Shown here in pieces: positions 35,805-46,200 of a stretch of DNA of 64,000 nucleotides (position 1 is its first letter; every line of letters starts with the position of its first letter). The notes under the pieces were generated by a model that saw only the letters and a program-made list of their open reading frames with translations, did not search any database and was not told the DNA's origin. The DNA lies in the IMG/VR virus record IMGVR_UViG_3300042558_000825, positions 1 to 64,000 of that record; one strand, given 5' to 3'. Position numbers and translations under genes: made by a program. The stretch comes from a virus.

Positions 35805-37101
35805 TCATAAGCCCTGCTATTCTAGGGTCTAAATCTTTAATAGTTTGATTTCTATGTTGGTCAAGACTTAAGGTAAACGTCCTAAAGCGTTCTACTTCTT
35901 CTTTCCAATTTTCTGTTCTAGGTTGTTGCAATAATCCTATTATTCCGTTTAAACTATTCATGGTCATATGATTATGAACCTGCATATAATTATCTCTATA
36001 AGCAACTAACTCATCTAATGCTTCTTTTTTAAGTTCATTTGGTAATATATTTACATTTAAATGATGAGGATGAGTATTCACTAAAAAATCTATAAAGCTA
36101 TTTTTATTAAATTTGTTATTTAAATCCTCTACCCATTTAATGATGTTAACCAAATCAAACACATTATATACTTGTACTGTAGGGGTAATGCCTAAATGTA
36201 CATTTGGCATCTGTGCTAATTTTTCAATATTACTGCTAATCTGTGTCCAATCGCTAGGTGCACGGATATATTCATTTACTATACCCACACCGTCTAAACT
36301 AGCATTAATATTAACAGTATCAAACTGACTAATTAATTCTAAAAAGTTCTTATTGATATTGGTACAATTTGTATTGAAAAACAACACAATATCTTTTCTT
36401 CCCTGCTCAATACAACTTTTCATAAATTTAAAGTTGTTCTTAATTAATGTAGGTTCTCCACCAGTCATATACACTTTTTTAAGATGAGGGATCAGACTAA
36501 TAACTTGATCCCACATTATGTCATGGTCAAACCATTGTTGATCATCCATTACATTAGTAGGGAATTTACCAAATGTTTTTTTCCAAACATCCGTATATGC
36601 AGTATTATTCTCAGCAATTTCTATATGTTCTTTAAAAATTTGACTGCTATTCCAGGGATTGCACATCCTACATTTAAGATTACATAGATTACCTAATCTT
36701 AAATCTAGGTACACTAATTCGTCATCTAACTTGCCATCGTTTTTTATAGCTTGCTGAACCCGATCATTTAATTTTTCTTTGCCTAAACGCCATTGCCATT
36801 CGTTAATAGAATGCTGTCTATTACTAGTCCTACCATTTTCTTCTTGCATGTAGCAGACAGCACATCCTTCAATCTTATCACCGGCTATCATAGACTTACG
36901 AATGTTTTGCATATCTTTGCTATTCCATGCATCGTGTATGAAATTGTCTTTGCATGTATAAAATGATTTATTATCTTCTTTTTTTAATTTGTTATGTGAA
37001 CCTTTAACCATACAACAGTATCTAACCGTCGTATCAGTATTGACCATAATACTAACAAACGGGACAGCACAAAAGCTTTTATTATTTTTATCCATTACCA
37101 A
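35797..37101 (-). CDS. Radical SAM enzyme with N-terminal twitch domain (paralog)
   Basis: FCAVPF...YCC...CAVC; DLRLGNLCNLKCRMC; TGGEPT. Confidence 0.9.
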   Translation of the reverse strand: MVMDKNNKSFCAVPFVSIMVNTDTTVRYCCMVKGSHNKLKKEDNKSFYTCKDNFIHDAWNSKDMQNIRKSMIAGDKIEGCAVCYMQEENGRTSNRQHSINEWQWRLGKEKLNDRVQQAIKNDGKLDDELVYLDLRLGNLCNLKCRMCNPWNSSQIFKEHIEIAENNTAYTDVWKKTFGKFPTNVMDDQQWFDHDIMWDQVISLIPHLKKVYMTGGEPTLIKNNFKFMKSCIEQGRKDIVLFFNTNCTNINKNFLELISQFDTVNINASLDGVGIVNEYIRAPSDWTQISSNIEKLAQMPNVHLGITPTVQVYNVFDLVNIIKWVEDLNNKFNKNSFIDFLVNTHPHHLNVNILPNELKKEALDELVAYRDNYMQVHNHMTMNSLNGIIGLLQQPRTENWKEEVERFRTFTLSLDQHRNQTIKDLDPRIAGLMND

Positions 37102-38048
37102 CCTTCAATCTTTCTAATTACATCCATCTCAGTTACTAAAGGACCACGATTGTATTTGTCTGCACCGTAATGACGTTTAAAAAATTTACTTTGCAGACTA
37201 TCCAATGTAGCCATTGGCAGTCCTAGTTTATCATGTAGTGCGGCTCCTAGTAACGCTGATTCACGCACAGGATTTCTATTTACATGTTCTTCCCACAATG
37301 TAATATAGTTATCAAACCATTGAACATTAGTGTGATCCCATTGAGTAAGCATGGTCATGTATGTGCCTAGACGTGCGCCGTATATTGCCCATTCACCGTT
37401 CTCAACATCCATACCAACATTATGCCATATGGTCAGATTGTCTAAGTTACGACTTGCTACTGTTTCTTTAAATTGATCCACAGTAGGACGAGCACCTCTA
37501 TCTAAACTCATCTTAACACCTTCACGAAAGCCGGCACGCCATGCTTGAAATGGTGTCATGTTTGGATATGTAGTTGAATAGCAATCCCACATTGCCCAAT
37601 ATAAATTGTCATCTCCGCCCATACAGAAGTCAGCAATACGTGATACGTCACCGTCTTTTTGATGTTCGTGTGTTTTCATATTGGCAACATATTCTTTAGT
37701 CCAACTACTCATGCCACCATTGCCGTAACGTAGTCCGTTAATGTTGTTAATTGCTTTCCAACGAAACTGTGCTCGTTTGAATGATTCATCCTTACCAGTA
37801 AAGTCTAACTGAATGTTGAAGAAACTTTCTTCTGGCATGTTGTCTCCGTCAATTAGAATAAAACGTTCGGTATCACTTGCTTCACCTGCGGCTTTATGTG
37901 CGGCGTCACTACCTTTAACACTATCAACACGTTTAGCCCATGGCACCATATTTTTTATTCTAAGCCAAAATTCTTCTTTTTGTGGTTCATCATAACTGAG
38001 GTAGATGCAGTCTAAATCGGCTACATCAACGATATCATCAGAGTTCAT
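37095..38048 (-). CDS. GT-A fold glycosyltransferase-like protein
   Basis: YLSYDEP...RVDSVKGSDAAHKAA...IDGDN (DxD)...AWRAGFREGVKM. Confidence 0.65.
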   Translation of the reverse strand: MNSDDIVDVADLDCIYLSYDEPQKEEFWLRIKNMVPWAKRVDSVKGSDAAHKAAGEASDTERFILIDGDNMPEESFFNIQLDFTGKDESFKRAQFRWKAINNINGLRYGNGGMSSWTKEYVANMKTHEHQKDGDVSRIADFCMGGDDNLYWAMWDCYSTTYPNMTPFQAWRAGFREGVKMSLDRGARPTVDQFKETVASRNLDNLTIWHNVGMDVENGEWAIYGARLGTYMTMLTQWDHTNVQWFDNYITLWEEHVNRNPVRESALLGAALHDKLGLPMATLDSLQSKFFKRHYGADKYNRGPLVTEMDVIRKIEGW

Positions 38049-38364
38049 ATGTTTTTAATTTCCATTTAGTTATGTTATTATAAGGACTATCTACTACGAT
38101 ACTTAAATCTTCGCTTGCACATTTAGTACCATTGTCATCATGTATTAATTTAGACACAATCGTTCCTGTTCTATAACCGGCTATTTTGCCATCAATAACT
38201 TTGATGTCAGGCCTCCCTCGGGCATATGTGTCAGTATCTATTACAATATAGTTACCTTCAGGTTTTTCGCACGTGTAAAATAACACATTACCACGTTCAT
38301 CATAATATAATCTGAACTCGGGTTTAATGATAGGAGGAGCCTCCCAAATTATAAACTCTTCCAT
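38038..38364 (-). CDS. Hypothetical protein (108 aa)
   Basis: ORF coupled within the glycosyltransferase operon. Confidence 0.75.
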   Translation of the reverse strand: MEEFIIWEAPPIIKPEFRLYYDERGNVLFYTCEKPEGNYIVIDTDTYARGRPDIKVIDGKIAGYRTGTIVSKLIHDDNGTKCASEDLSIVVDSPYNNITKWKLKTYEL

Positions 38365-39111
38365 TTAATAACTTTCTAATATTTTATCACTAAATGTTTT
38401 AATATGATAGTGAAACGGATACTCTTGTGGATAAGTATTGATTCTAATTAGTTTTGGCAATACTTCATATACCAATGTTTTAGTCCAATCTTCACTGGGT
38501 ATACCATTTACATATTGTTTCATATGTATCATACTCATCTCATCAAAGTTGGGTAATGTGGTTTTTTCTACTCCGACAATATGACAAGCCATGGCATATA
38601 CCCAATCAGTTGATACTTCTTCATTAGGATTACATTTAATTATAGATTTATACTCTTCCCAATTCTCAAAAATATCTCTTACTATTGTGTAAAATAACTT
38701 TGCTGTTTCTGATTTTTTAAAATATGTTATACTATTATATGTGTCAGGCAGCATATTTTCATCAATGAATTTTCTATACACTCTAATGTCAGATAATTCA
38801 CCTTTAAAATTTCTGATTTTGGTTGAAACAACTACATCGTTAACATTTAATATCTCCCACCAGTGTTCAATACTACGTGGGATAATCATATCAGCTTCTA
38901 ATTTAATAGTTTCATCATAAGGACTACATTCATAAACTTGCCAATCATTGTGATAGCCTCCCAAATTACCATGTGGTAACATATCACTAGTGATAATGGT
39001 TACATTACTATTAGGCATAACCTTTTTGATGCTCAACTCTAATGCTTTAGCACAGTTAGTATAACTGATTTTATCAGTGTCTTGTGCCATTATTACAAAA
39101 CCTCTGGTCAT
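38365..39111 (-). CDS. GT8-like glycosyltransferase
   Basis: SPYDETIKLEADM, YFKKS, HMK, PFHYH; paralog of 39108..39911. Confidence 0.65.
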   Translation of the reverse strand: MTRGFVIMAQDTDKISYTNCAKALELSIKKVMPNSNVTIITSDMLPHGNLGGYHNDWQVYECSPYDETIKLEADMIIPRSIEHWWEILNVNDVVVSTKIRNFKGELSDIRVYRKFIDENMLPDTYNSITYFKKSETAKLFYTIVRDIFENWEEYKSIIKCNPNEEVSTDWVYAMACHIVGVEKTTLPNFDEMSMIHMKQYVNGIPSEDWTKTLVYEVLPKLIRINTYPQEYPFHYHIKTFSDKILESY

Positions 39112-39911
39112 GCTATTAACTCCATAAAATTACTTTTATTCATAACATGAAAATCCATATCTTTAACTGTTATATATTCTTTACGTATTTTACCACGTTG
39201 CCAACTATCATACATTACTGTATATTCAGTATTAAATTCTGTATCGTTGTTCCTATATATACTTGTGTTTTTTCCCACATGTACTAAGTTCCAGGGGATA
39301 ATGTCTCTTGTATTATCACTATGTCCATTTGCAATACGTAATGCAAGTGTTAGTGCATAGTCATTACGATATACTCCACCTACAAAACTGTGTATATCAC
39401 AATAATGGTCATAATTCTTTTGTACCATTTCTAAACATTCAAAAATTTGTTTAGCCCTATTTGTCTTTTTAAAGGTAACTGCTGTAGCCCATAATGTTTT
39501 AAAACTATATGCACTTAATACTTCCTGTGCTACCCCCGGTTGCATCAAATAACTAGTAGTATCATGGCAACAAAAGTCATCATATATGTTAAATGTTCTT
39601 AACAGTTTATCTGAATTAACCATATAATCAGTATCTAACAATATAGTTTCGTCATATGGACTAAGTCCATATGCTTGATATCTCCCTTTATTAATCCAAA
39701 TATCATGTTCACGTATGTTGTTTTTATCAGCATTAGTAACTATAACTTTGTCAAAGGTATATTGTTGTATAGAGGGTAGTGATTCTTCATCCGTAACTAG
39801 TGTTACTGGAAGATTTAAAAAATAATTAATGCGTTTAGCAGTAGCTACTGCCATTTTATAGTAATTGAACTTTGGGGAGTTAAACGCAAATAATATTGCA
39901 CCTTTGCTCAT
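39108..39911 (-). CDS. GT8-like glycosyltransferase
   Basis: SPYDETILLDTDY (DxD), RNDYA, HVMNK. Confidence 0.7.
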   Translation of the reverse strand: MSKGAILFAFNSPKFNYYKMAVATAKRINYFLNLPVTLVTDEESLPSIQQYTFDKVIVTNADKNNIREHDIWINKGRYQAYGLSPYDETILLDTDYMVNSDKLLRTFNIYDDFCCHDTTSYLMQPGVAQEVLSAYSFKTLWATAVTFKKTNRAKQIFECLEMVQKNYDHYCDIHSFVGGVYRNDYALTLALRIANGHSDNTRDIIPWNLVHVGKNTSIYRNNDTEFNTEYTVMYDSWQRGKIRKEYITVKDMDFHVMNKSNFMELIA

Positions 39912-40213
39912 CGGTTAGTCTCTACTTCTTTCCATTCTTTATACCATTCTAACATAACTTTACTGTATGTCTCTTTTAGTAAAGATAGTAATTGGTCACG
40001 TTTAACTTGTACTGGATTATCAAAGTTATCAATAAGAATTACAAAGTTATCATCCATTGCATTTAAAAAGGCAATGAACTCAGGGGTAGCTTTCCAAAGC
40101 CCACCTTGTTCGGCAATGATAAATTTGCCATCGTATTTGTCTTTGAGTTGCGCTTTTGCGCTATTGTGATTGAAGCGGGCTTTAGCCTCGCTGATTAAGG
40201 TTTTGGTATCCAT
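39908..40213 (-). CDS. Hypothetical protein (likely start ATG 40213)
   Basis: AGGAG RBS and late promoter at 40229; ILIDNFDNPVQV motif. Confidence 0.75.
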   Translation of the reverse strand: MDTKTLISEAKARFNHNSAKAQLKDKYDGKFIIAEQGGLWKATPEFIAFLNAMDDNFVILIDNFDNPVQVKRDQLLSLLKETYSKVMLEWYKEWKEVETNR

Positions 40214-40260
40214 AAACACTCCTGAAAGTATTTAGATGAATACAGTACTGTTGTGAAATT

Positions 40261-41211
40261 TTAAGATCCTGAGCTGGTACCTGCAATTGAAATACTACCC
40301 CATGTATTAGAAAGATATGTTGTTTCCGGTGGTCTGACTGTGACAGTAGTTGCGGAGCCAGTTGTTACAGTTAATCCATTTGGTATTTCATCCCACACAG
40401 TATAAATTGTAATAATATTACCTTTATCTCCATTAGATCCAACCGTACCATTAGTCTTTACAAATATATTAATATTTGTACTTAGATAGCCGGCCGGGCC
40501 GGTTGAAGCTGTTTGATAAAATACATTTGCATTAGCAGTTGTCCAAGCATAGTAACCACTATTAGTACTAATAGTAGGTGTACTACCACCTCCACCTATT
40601 TTAGTTACACCATTGTACGATGTACCCGTAACAGTTACAGCACCCGAAGTAGGAGCACTCAATACTACCGTACCGACGTTACTAGCTAACCCGTTTAACA
40701 ATAAATTAATACCGGTGCCACTGGGATGTGTACAAGTAATTGCAAGTTGACCGCCTGAGTTAAAGAAGTATCTAGTTGCATCGCCATTGGCAAAAGTAAC
40801 AGTGTGTGTAAATGTAACTGCATTAATCCATGTACTGCCATACGTGGCAGTATTTGCAGTAGTTCCACTTTGTGATACTGCATTTAATCTGTTAGTGTAA
40901 ATTGTTTGTAAATTAGTAACAACGTTTGCGTTATATGTAATTGTATTTCCTGCAGAAGGTGCAGTGACACTAGTAATACTTGAGCTTTGATGTGACGCTG
41001 AGTTTGCAGTTTTAGTAATCAAATTAGCCCATTTTGCAGCGGTTACAGTATCACCGACAGCTACATTAGCCTCAGCCGTTTGTCCATACCCTGAGGCTGC
41101 AGAACCAATTGACCAAACTGCATTTAATGTATTAGCTGTAGCACCGGGCGATGCCCCCACAAAACCATTGTAGTCTGAAGCTTGGATTGTTCCATATTGT
41201 GCGTAACTCAT
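40261..41211 (-). CDS. Virion structural protein (tail/baseplate associated)
   Basis: MSYAQYGTIQASDYN, GYGQ, RYFFNSGG; Thr/Gly/Ser-rich; structural operon context. Confidence 0.7.
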   Translation of the reverse strand: MSYAQYGTIQASDYNGFVGASPGATANTLNAVWSIGSAASGYGQTAEANVAVGDTVTAAKWANLITKTANSASHQSSSITSVTAPSAGNTITYNANVVTNLQTIYTNRLNAVSQSGTTANTATYGSTWINAVTFTHTVTFANGDATRYFFNSGGQLAITCTHPSGTGINLLLNGLASNVGTVVLSAPTSGAVTVTGTSYNGVTKIGGGGSTPTISTNSGYYAWTTANANVFYQTASTGPAGYLSTNINIFVKTNGTVGSNGDKGNIITIYTVWDEIPNGLTVTTGSATTVTVRPPETTYLSNTWGSISIAGTSSGS

Positions 41212-41214
41212 CTT

Positions 41215-42402
41215 TTATCCTTTAATTGAAACAAACGCTTCTACTGTTCCGACACCGTCTGTTGTTTTATTTGCTAAAGCACGACCAATTACATTGAAAG
41301 ATGTTGCTTCACCTAATGTGGCTGCCCGTGCAATTCCATTCCCTGCACTTACCAAACGTTGACCTTTACGAACTTTACCCGTAACTTTAACTTGCACACG
41401 ACCACCAACAGCGATCGGTGGATGAGAAGAATCATTTCCTGCACCTGCATTCATTAAATATGCCGCAGTGTTTGATACTACACCAAATACATCTTCGCTT
41501 AATTCAGATACTACTGCAGTAATTTCGGCTTCTCCGCCCAATTCAACAACAGTGCCTGCATCATATATAGCATCTGCTTCAAAACGTTCTGCCAAGTCAG
41601 CATATGATGCTTGCAATCTTGCACCGCTACCTAGTAGCCATATTCCATTAATATTTCCACCGCCAGAAATATTACTTGTAGTAATACTGCTAGGCTGTAG
41701 TGTTCCTGTATATGTTGGTAAATATAATGCTACGTTAGCATTACCATAAGATCCTGTTGGGTTGAAAGGTGTACCATTTGCATAGTAATAGTTGTCAGTT
41801 TTAATACCAGTTACTGCAACTAAGTTACCGTTAGTAATAATCATTGTATTACCTGATGCACCACCATTTGCTGTCCAAGTACCAGTAATTGTTCCGGTAT
41901 TAGTATTTGCTGCGCCTGCATTAATATTTGCTGTATTTAATGTAGTAACGTTACCTATAGTGATGTTAGCATTTGCAATTGTTGCATTAGCTGTTATTGT
42001 GGCTAAACGTACGGTAATGGTGTCGCCAGTAAATGCATTGGCAGCAGTGATATTATTTGCTTGTAGATTTCCTGTAACGGTAACTGATCCAAAAGTTGTT
42101 GTACCTGAACCACCTGACTGTGCTAATATAATCCAAGAACTTGCTGTTGTAGTTCCGTCTGCAGGGCATACACACAATGTATTAGCATTTGTGTTATACC
42201 ATAATTGACCTCGCAATGGGTTAGATGGAGGAACTGTGTCTGCAAAGTTTTCCATTGCATGAACAAAGTTAGTATCAAGTGATTGACCATACCCGGCGTA
42301 GTTCCTGCCCGGTAAGCCCAATGATGTACTAGTTGTGTTTATAGTACCGTCAGCAATGGTTGTTAGTACTGTTCCATCACTCTTTACAATCGTATATGCC
42401 AT
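41215..42402 (-). CDS. Baseplate/fibre structural protein with C-terminal intramolecular-chaperone-like domain
   Basis: N-terminal G.NY.GYG...ENFA...P.NPL.GQLWY; C-terminal YADLAERF...GTVV..GG..EIT...GRV.VKV.G. Confidence 0.75.
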   Translation of the reverse strand: MAYTIVKSDGTVLTTIADGTINTTSTSLGLPGRNYAGYGQSLDTNFVHAMENFADTVPPSNPLRGQLWYNTNANTLCVCPADGTTTASSWIILAQSGGSGTTTFGSVTVTGNLQANNITAANAFTGDTITVRLATITANATIANANITIGNVTTLNTANINAGAANTNTGTITGTWTANGGASGNTMIITNGNLVAVTGIKTDNYYYANGTPFNPTGSYGNANVALYLPTYTGTLQPSSITTSNISGGGNINGIWLLGSGARLQASYADLAERFEADAIYDAGTVVELGGEAEITAVVSELSEDVFGVVSNTAAYLMNAGAGNDSSHPPIAVGGRVQVKVTGKVRKGQRLVSAGNGIARAATLGEATSFNVIGRALANKTTDGVGTVEAFVSIKG

Positions 42403-42433
42403 ATTAAATTACCCCGATATTCTGTTATTTATC

Positions 42434-43054
42434 TTAAATTGTCACTAAATTAGTCAAGCTTTGAATCCTGACCGTATAATCTATCTGTATTTGTCTATTC
42501 AAACTCTTTTGTACTGGGTGAAAAATCACATGTGTTAACAATCTAGTAATCACATTTCCATCACTATCAGTACCGTAATTTGCCAATAAACCCAACTCGT
42601 CAAAAACATAAGCCGAATCAGTTTGTGTACTGTTATCAAATGCATTTTGTCCTGCAGGCTCACCGTAGTCTAATAAACATTGAACTAAGATGTCAGTATA
42701 AACACGACCAGTAGTATGAGAAACTGTCATTTTATTACGTGTAGGGTCTAAATTGAAAACACTTGTATCGTCAACAATTTTAGCATAGGTTTGATTATAT
42801 AGGGCTGCATTTTGACCAGTAGTATTTGGGGGTAGATATGTGATAACACCTGTTTCATCTACACTTGCACCACCGTTCCCAAATGCCATCTGATAAATCT
42901 CACCGTATCCACGACTGCTTAATGTATCAGCAATGGCTTCAGACATGTTTTCGTAGTTAATCGCATTATGCTTATCTACTAAAACTTCACCGCTATTAGG
43001 GTCATAAATCTTTAAAAACCCTTCTACTTTATATGATAGTGTTATTACTGACAT
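42434..43054 (-). CDS. Baseplate/tail structural protein
   Basis: FDELGL...LLTHVIFHPVQKSLNR.IQIDYTVRI, similar to tail-collar/baseplate domains. Confidence 0.7.
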   Translation of the reverse strand: MSVITLSYKVEGFLKIYDPNSGEVLVDKHNAINYENMSEAIADTLSSRGYGEIYQMAFGNGGASVDETGVITYLPPNTTGQNAALYNQTYAKIVDDTSVFNLDPTRNKMTVSHTTGRVYTDILVQCLLDYGEPAGQNAFDNSTQTDSAYVFDELGLLANYGTDSDGNVITRLLTHVIFHPVQKSLNRQIQIDYTVRIQSLTNLVTI

Positions 43055-43206
43055 TAGTTATCGCCTCTTGTTTGAACCAAAATCTCTTTAGTATTTGGAT
43101 CAGTTATTTTTAGATGAGATGAAAAGTAAAACCCACCATGCTCGTCCGGTTTAGGACCATATTCCTGTACAGGTTTAGACTTATTTTCTTCTATATTATT
43201 ACTCAT
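43054..43206 (-). CDS. 50-aa late protein, not in ORF track
   Basis: MSNNIEENKSKPVQEYGPKPDEHGGFYFSSHLKITDPNTKEILVQTRGDN; TAAATA upstream; TAATG overlap with the next gene. Confidence 0.8.
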   Translation of the reverse strand: MSNNIEENKSKPVQEYGPKPDEHGGFYFSSHLKITDPNTKEILVQTRGDN

Positions 43207-43221
43207 ATATTTATTTATCAT

Positions 43222-46200
43222 TTAAGATATGGTCGTATTTAAGAAATATGCCGCATCAGTCTCGCTAATCTGTAACGGGTCTCCGTCAGTTACGTTATAT
43301 ATGTTGCTATTCCATGTTAAATTATAGTCTACACTAGGTAACAAATTATTAGATAATAATCCAAACATTTCAGAATATAACGGTATATAGCTTAATTCTG
43401 CAGTTCCGTTAGTTCCACGCTGTAATCCAGATATTGCATTTATTGCAATAGCAGTACCTGTACCCATACCTAATCCAGTAGCAGTAAACGTTAATCCTAC
43501 TGTATTGCTTGATGCACCTATACTAGTAAAGTTTGTTGTTCCTACAGTTTCAATAATATACTGTTGTCCAATTTTGAAGTTTCCAGATTGCAATATTGGA
43601 TTAACTGTTGTGAATTTAATTTGTTCTCCGTTAATATAAATTAAATTACCTTCAAGTGTTACAATAGCTAAACTATCACCAACAGTAACTTCATCATATA
43701 TTTCTAGAATTGGAGATAAGTCTATGATTACTATATCATAATTAGTAGAATTTATATAAGCATTTGTCGTATTGTTATAAACAGTAACTTGAGAAATAAT
43801 ATTCTTGTCTGCTGTTAATCCTATACTTGTTATACCATTCACTGCAGCCGGTGCTACTACGTTTTGTGTAATCTGGTCAGTTATTTTAGTTACATCATCA
43901 ACATATATTACTGCATCAGTATAATATATTGGTTGAACTATCCAAGTTCTAGTATTACTATTTGATCGGAATACTGAGCCAGTGCCATTTTTATTAACAT
44001 TTTGTAAATATACTAATTGATTAGGTGTAGCACTAGATATCATACTAGTAATGATGATGTCATCTCCTGTGACAATCTCTGTCAAAATGCTTAAATTATT
44101 ATTAGCATTTAAATACAACTGAGTTGAAGGGACCCGATATCCATTAATAGTAACCCATAATCTATCAACATTACTTTGTTCCCAATCACTATCTACTACA
44201 AATATACCATCTTCCCATATATATCCACCTGATAGATATGTTGATATACTAGTTACTGGATCGTTAACGGCTGATATACTTGATGAGTATGAAGTATTAT
44301 ATAGATCAACTTGAGTACTACTAATCACATGAACATAATATGTATTATTATTTAATTGAACTGAACCTATAGTCCCGTCAATACGTATTAAATCATTTGT
44401 AGTTAAATTATGAGCAGTAGAAGTAGTTACACGAACTGCAGGAGTTCCTCCAACATATGCTAACATAGTACCGGTAGCAGTTCCTGGATTAAAAGTTGAA
44501 CCACTTAATGTTGTTGATATAGTAAACGTACCATCGTACGGATAAGTTACTGATTTCACATAGTAAACAGTACCGTTGGTTAATACATTTCCAAGTTGTG
44601 TTCCTTTAAATATAATTGTTTGGTCAACAATAAAACCACTAGTGTTAGCACATGTTAACAAATTACCAGTACTAGATACGGCAGTTACAATAGTAGATAC
44701 AATAGGTGGTGTAATTTCATTGTCAATATTGATAATAGTTGATACTGTTTTATTTGTTATATCGTATTGAGTATTAAAATATTGACGTTCAGTTAAATTA
44801 AAACTTGTTACAGCAATAGTATCTAATGCTGACGGTGTTAACGGTGTTCCACCAATAAATTGTAAGGTGTCAGTACTACTATTAATGGTATATGCTGTAT
44901 CAAGTAAACGTACTCCGTTTATTTCTACTATAGCATTAGTAGGATTATCACCACCAACAAAGTTTGTTAGAGTGAATGGTCCACTAGTACCATTACCTAT
45001 AATAGTTTGTATTTCTGGGATAGTATAACCATATTGTGACGGATATGTCTCTCCAAATACAGTATATGCCAAATAATCTAACGTAACATCATACTGTGCA
45101 GAAAAAATCATTTTTGCAGAAATACCGTTATCTGCTATACCAAATGAATAGTCATTCGTAATTCCAGTTGCGCCACCTACCGCATCTGAAAGTGTAATAA
45201 CAGTACCACCCAATGTAGCAGAGATAGTAAACTCATTACCATCAAAAATTGATTCAATATAATATACTGTTTGCGGTGTTATGTCATTTCCAAACATTGT
45301 GTCACTAAACACAATTCTATCTCCTACTGCCATTCCACTAGTTGTATTACACGTAATACTATTATTTGAACTGTTAGTTTGTGTGATTCTGTTAGTATGA
45401 CCCAATATCAATTTAGTACCATTATGATATACAATAGGATCACTCCATACTGCACCACTACCGGTTTGTATTACAATATCCATTGAACCAGAATCGGTAG
45501 TTATGATAAATGTAGGTCCAGCTACTCCATCAGTTATTACATCTGAAATTGTAATTTTGTTTGTTACGGTACTAATAGTTTTAACATAATAATGAGTATC
45601 TGCTACTATTCCACCAAACACATCACCTTGGAATATAATTTGGTCATTTAAAGTAAAGTATGCAACATTTTCACACAATATAGTGTTATCGGTACTATCT
45701 GTCTCTGTTGCTATTACATTAATAGGTTCAGTTCCCGGTCTAATAACACCAGATCCAGAAGAACGTGTAGCTGTAAAGTTACAATTTAAATTAATTTCAT
45801 TAAATCCAGTTACTGTATTAATACGAATAGGGTCAGTCTGACTATTAGATTTTTCTAGTTGATCACCGTTACCTACTTCGTAAACTTCTACCACCAGTGA
45901 GTCCCCTGCAGGCAAACTACTAGGTAATGTAATTGTTTTTACCAACCAATCTACAGTGAATGAGGAAGGTGAATATAACCTTGTAGATAATCCAGTTACA
46001 CTATCTACTTGGAATACTGACAATTGCGCTGGGAATTCAACTAAATTATCAAAGCTAAAAGTTAATTGACCAACTGTTGGTGTAATCTGAGTAGATACTA
46101 CATTGTATCCAACATGTTGATATGTTTCAACATCCCAGTTTGTACCTGGACGAGTTGTAACTATCATTGTTAAATTGTCAGATACTACACCAGGTACCAA

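Noticed and set aside
21377-40213. Bacterial LPS/capsule locus or RiPP cluster, i.e. host chromosome
   Set aside because: No flippase, polymerase, exporter or clear precursor peptide; genes carry phage late promoters and are continuous with baseplate genes
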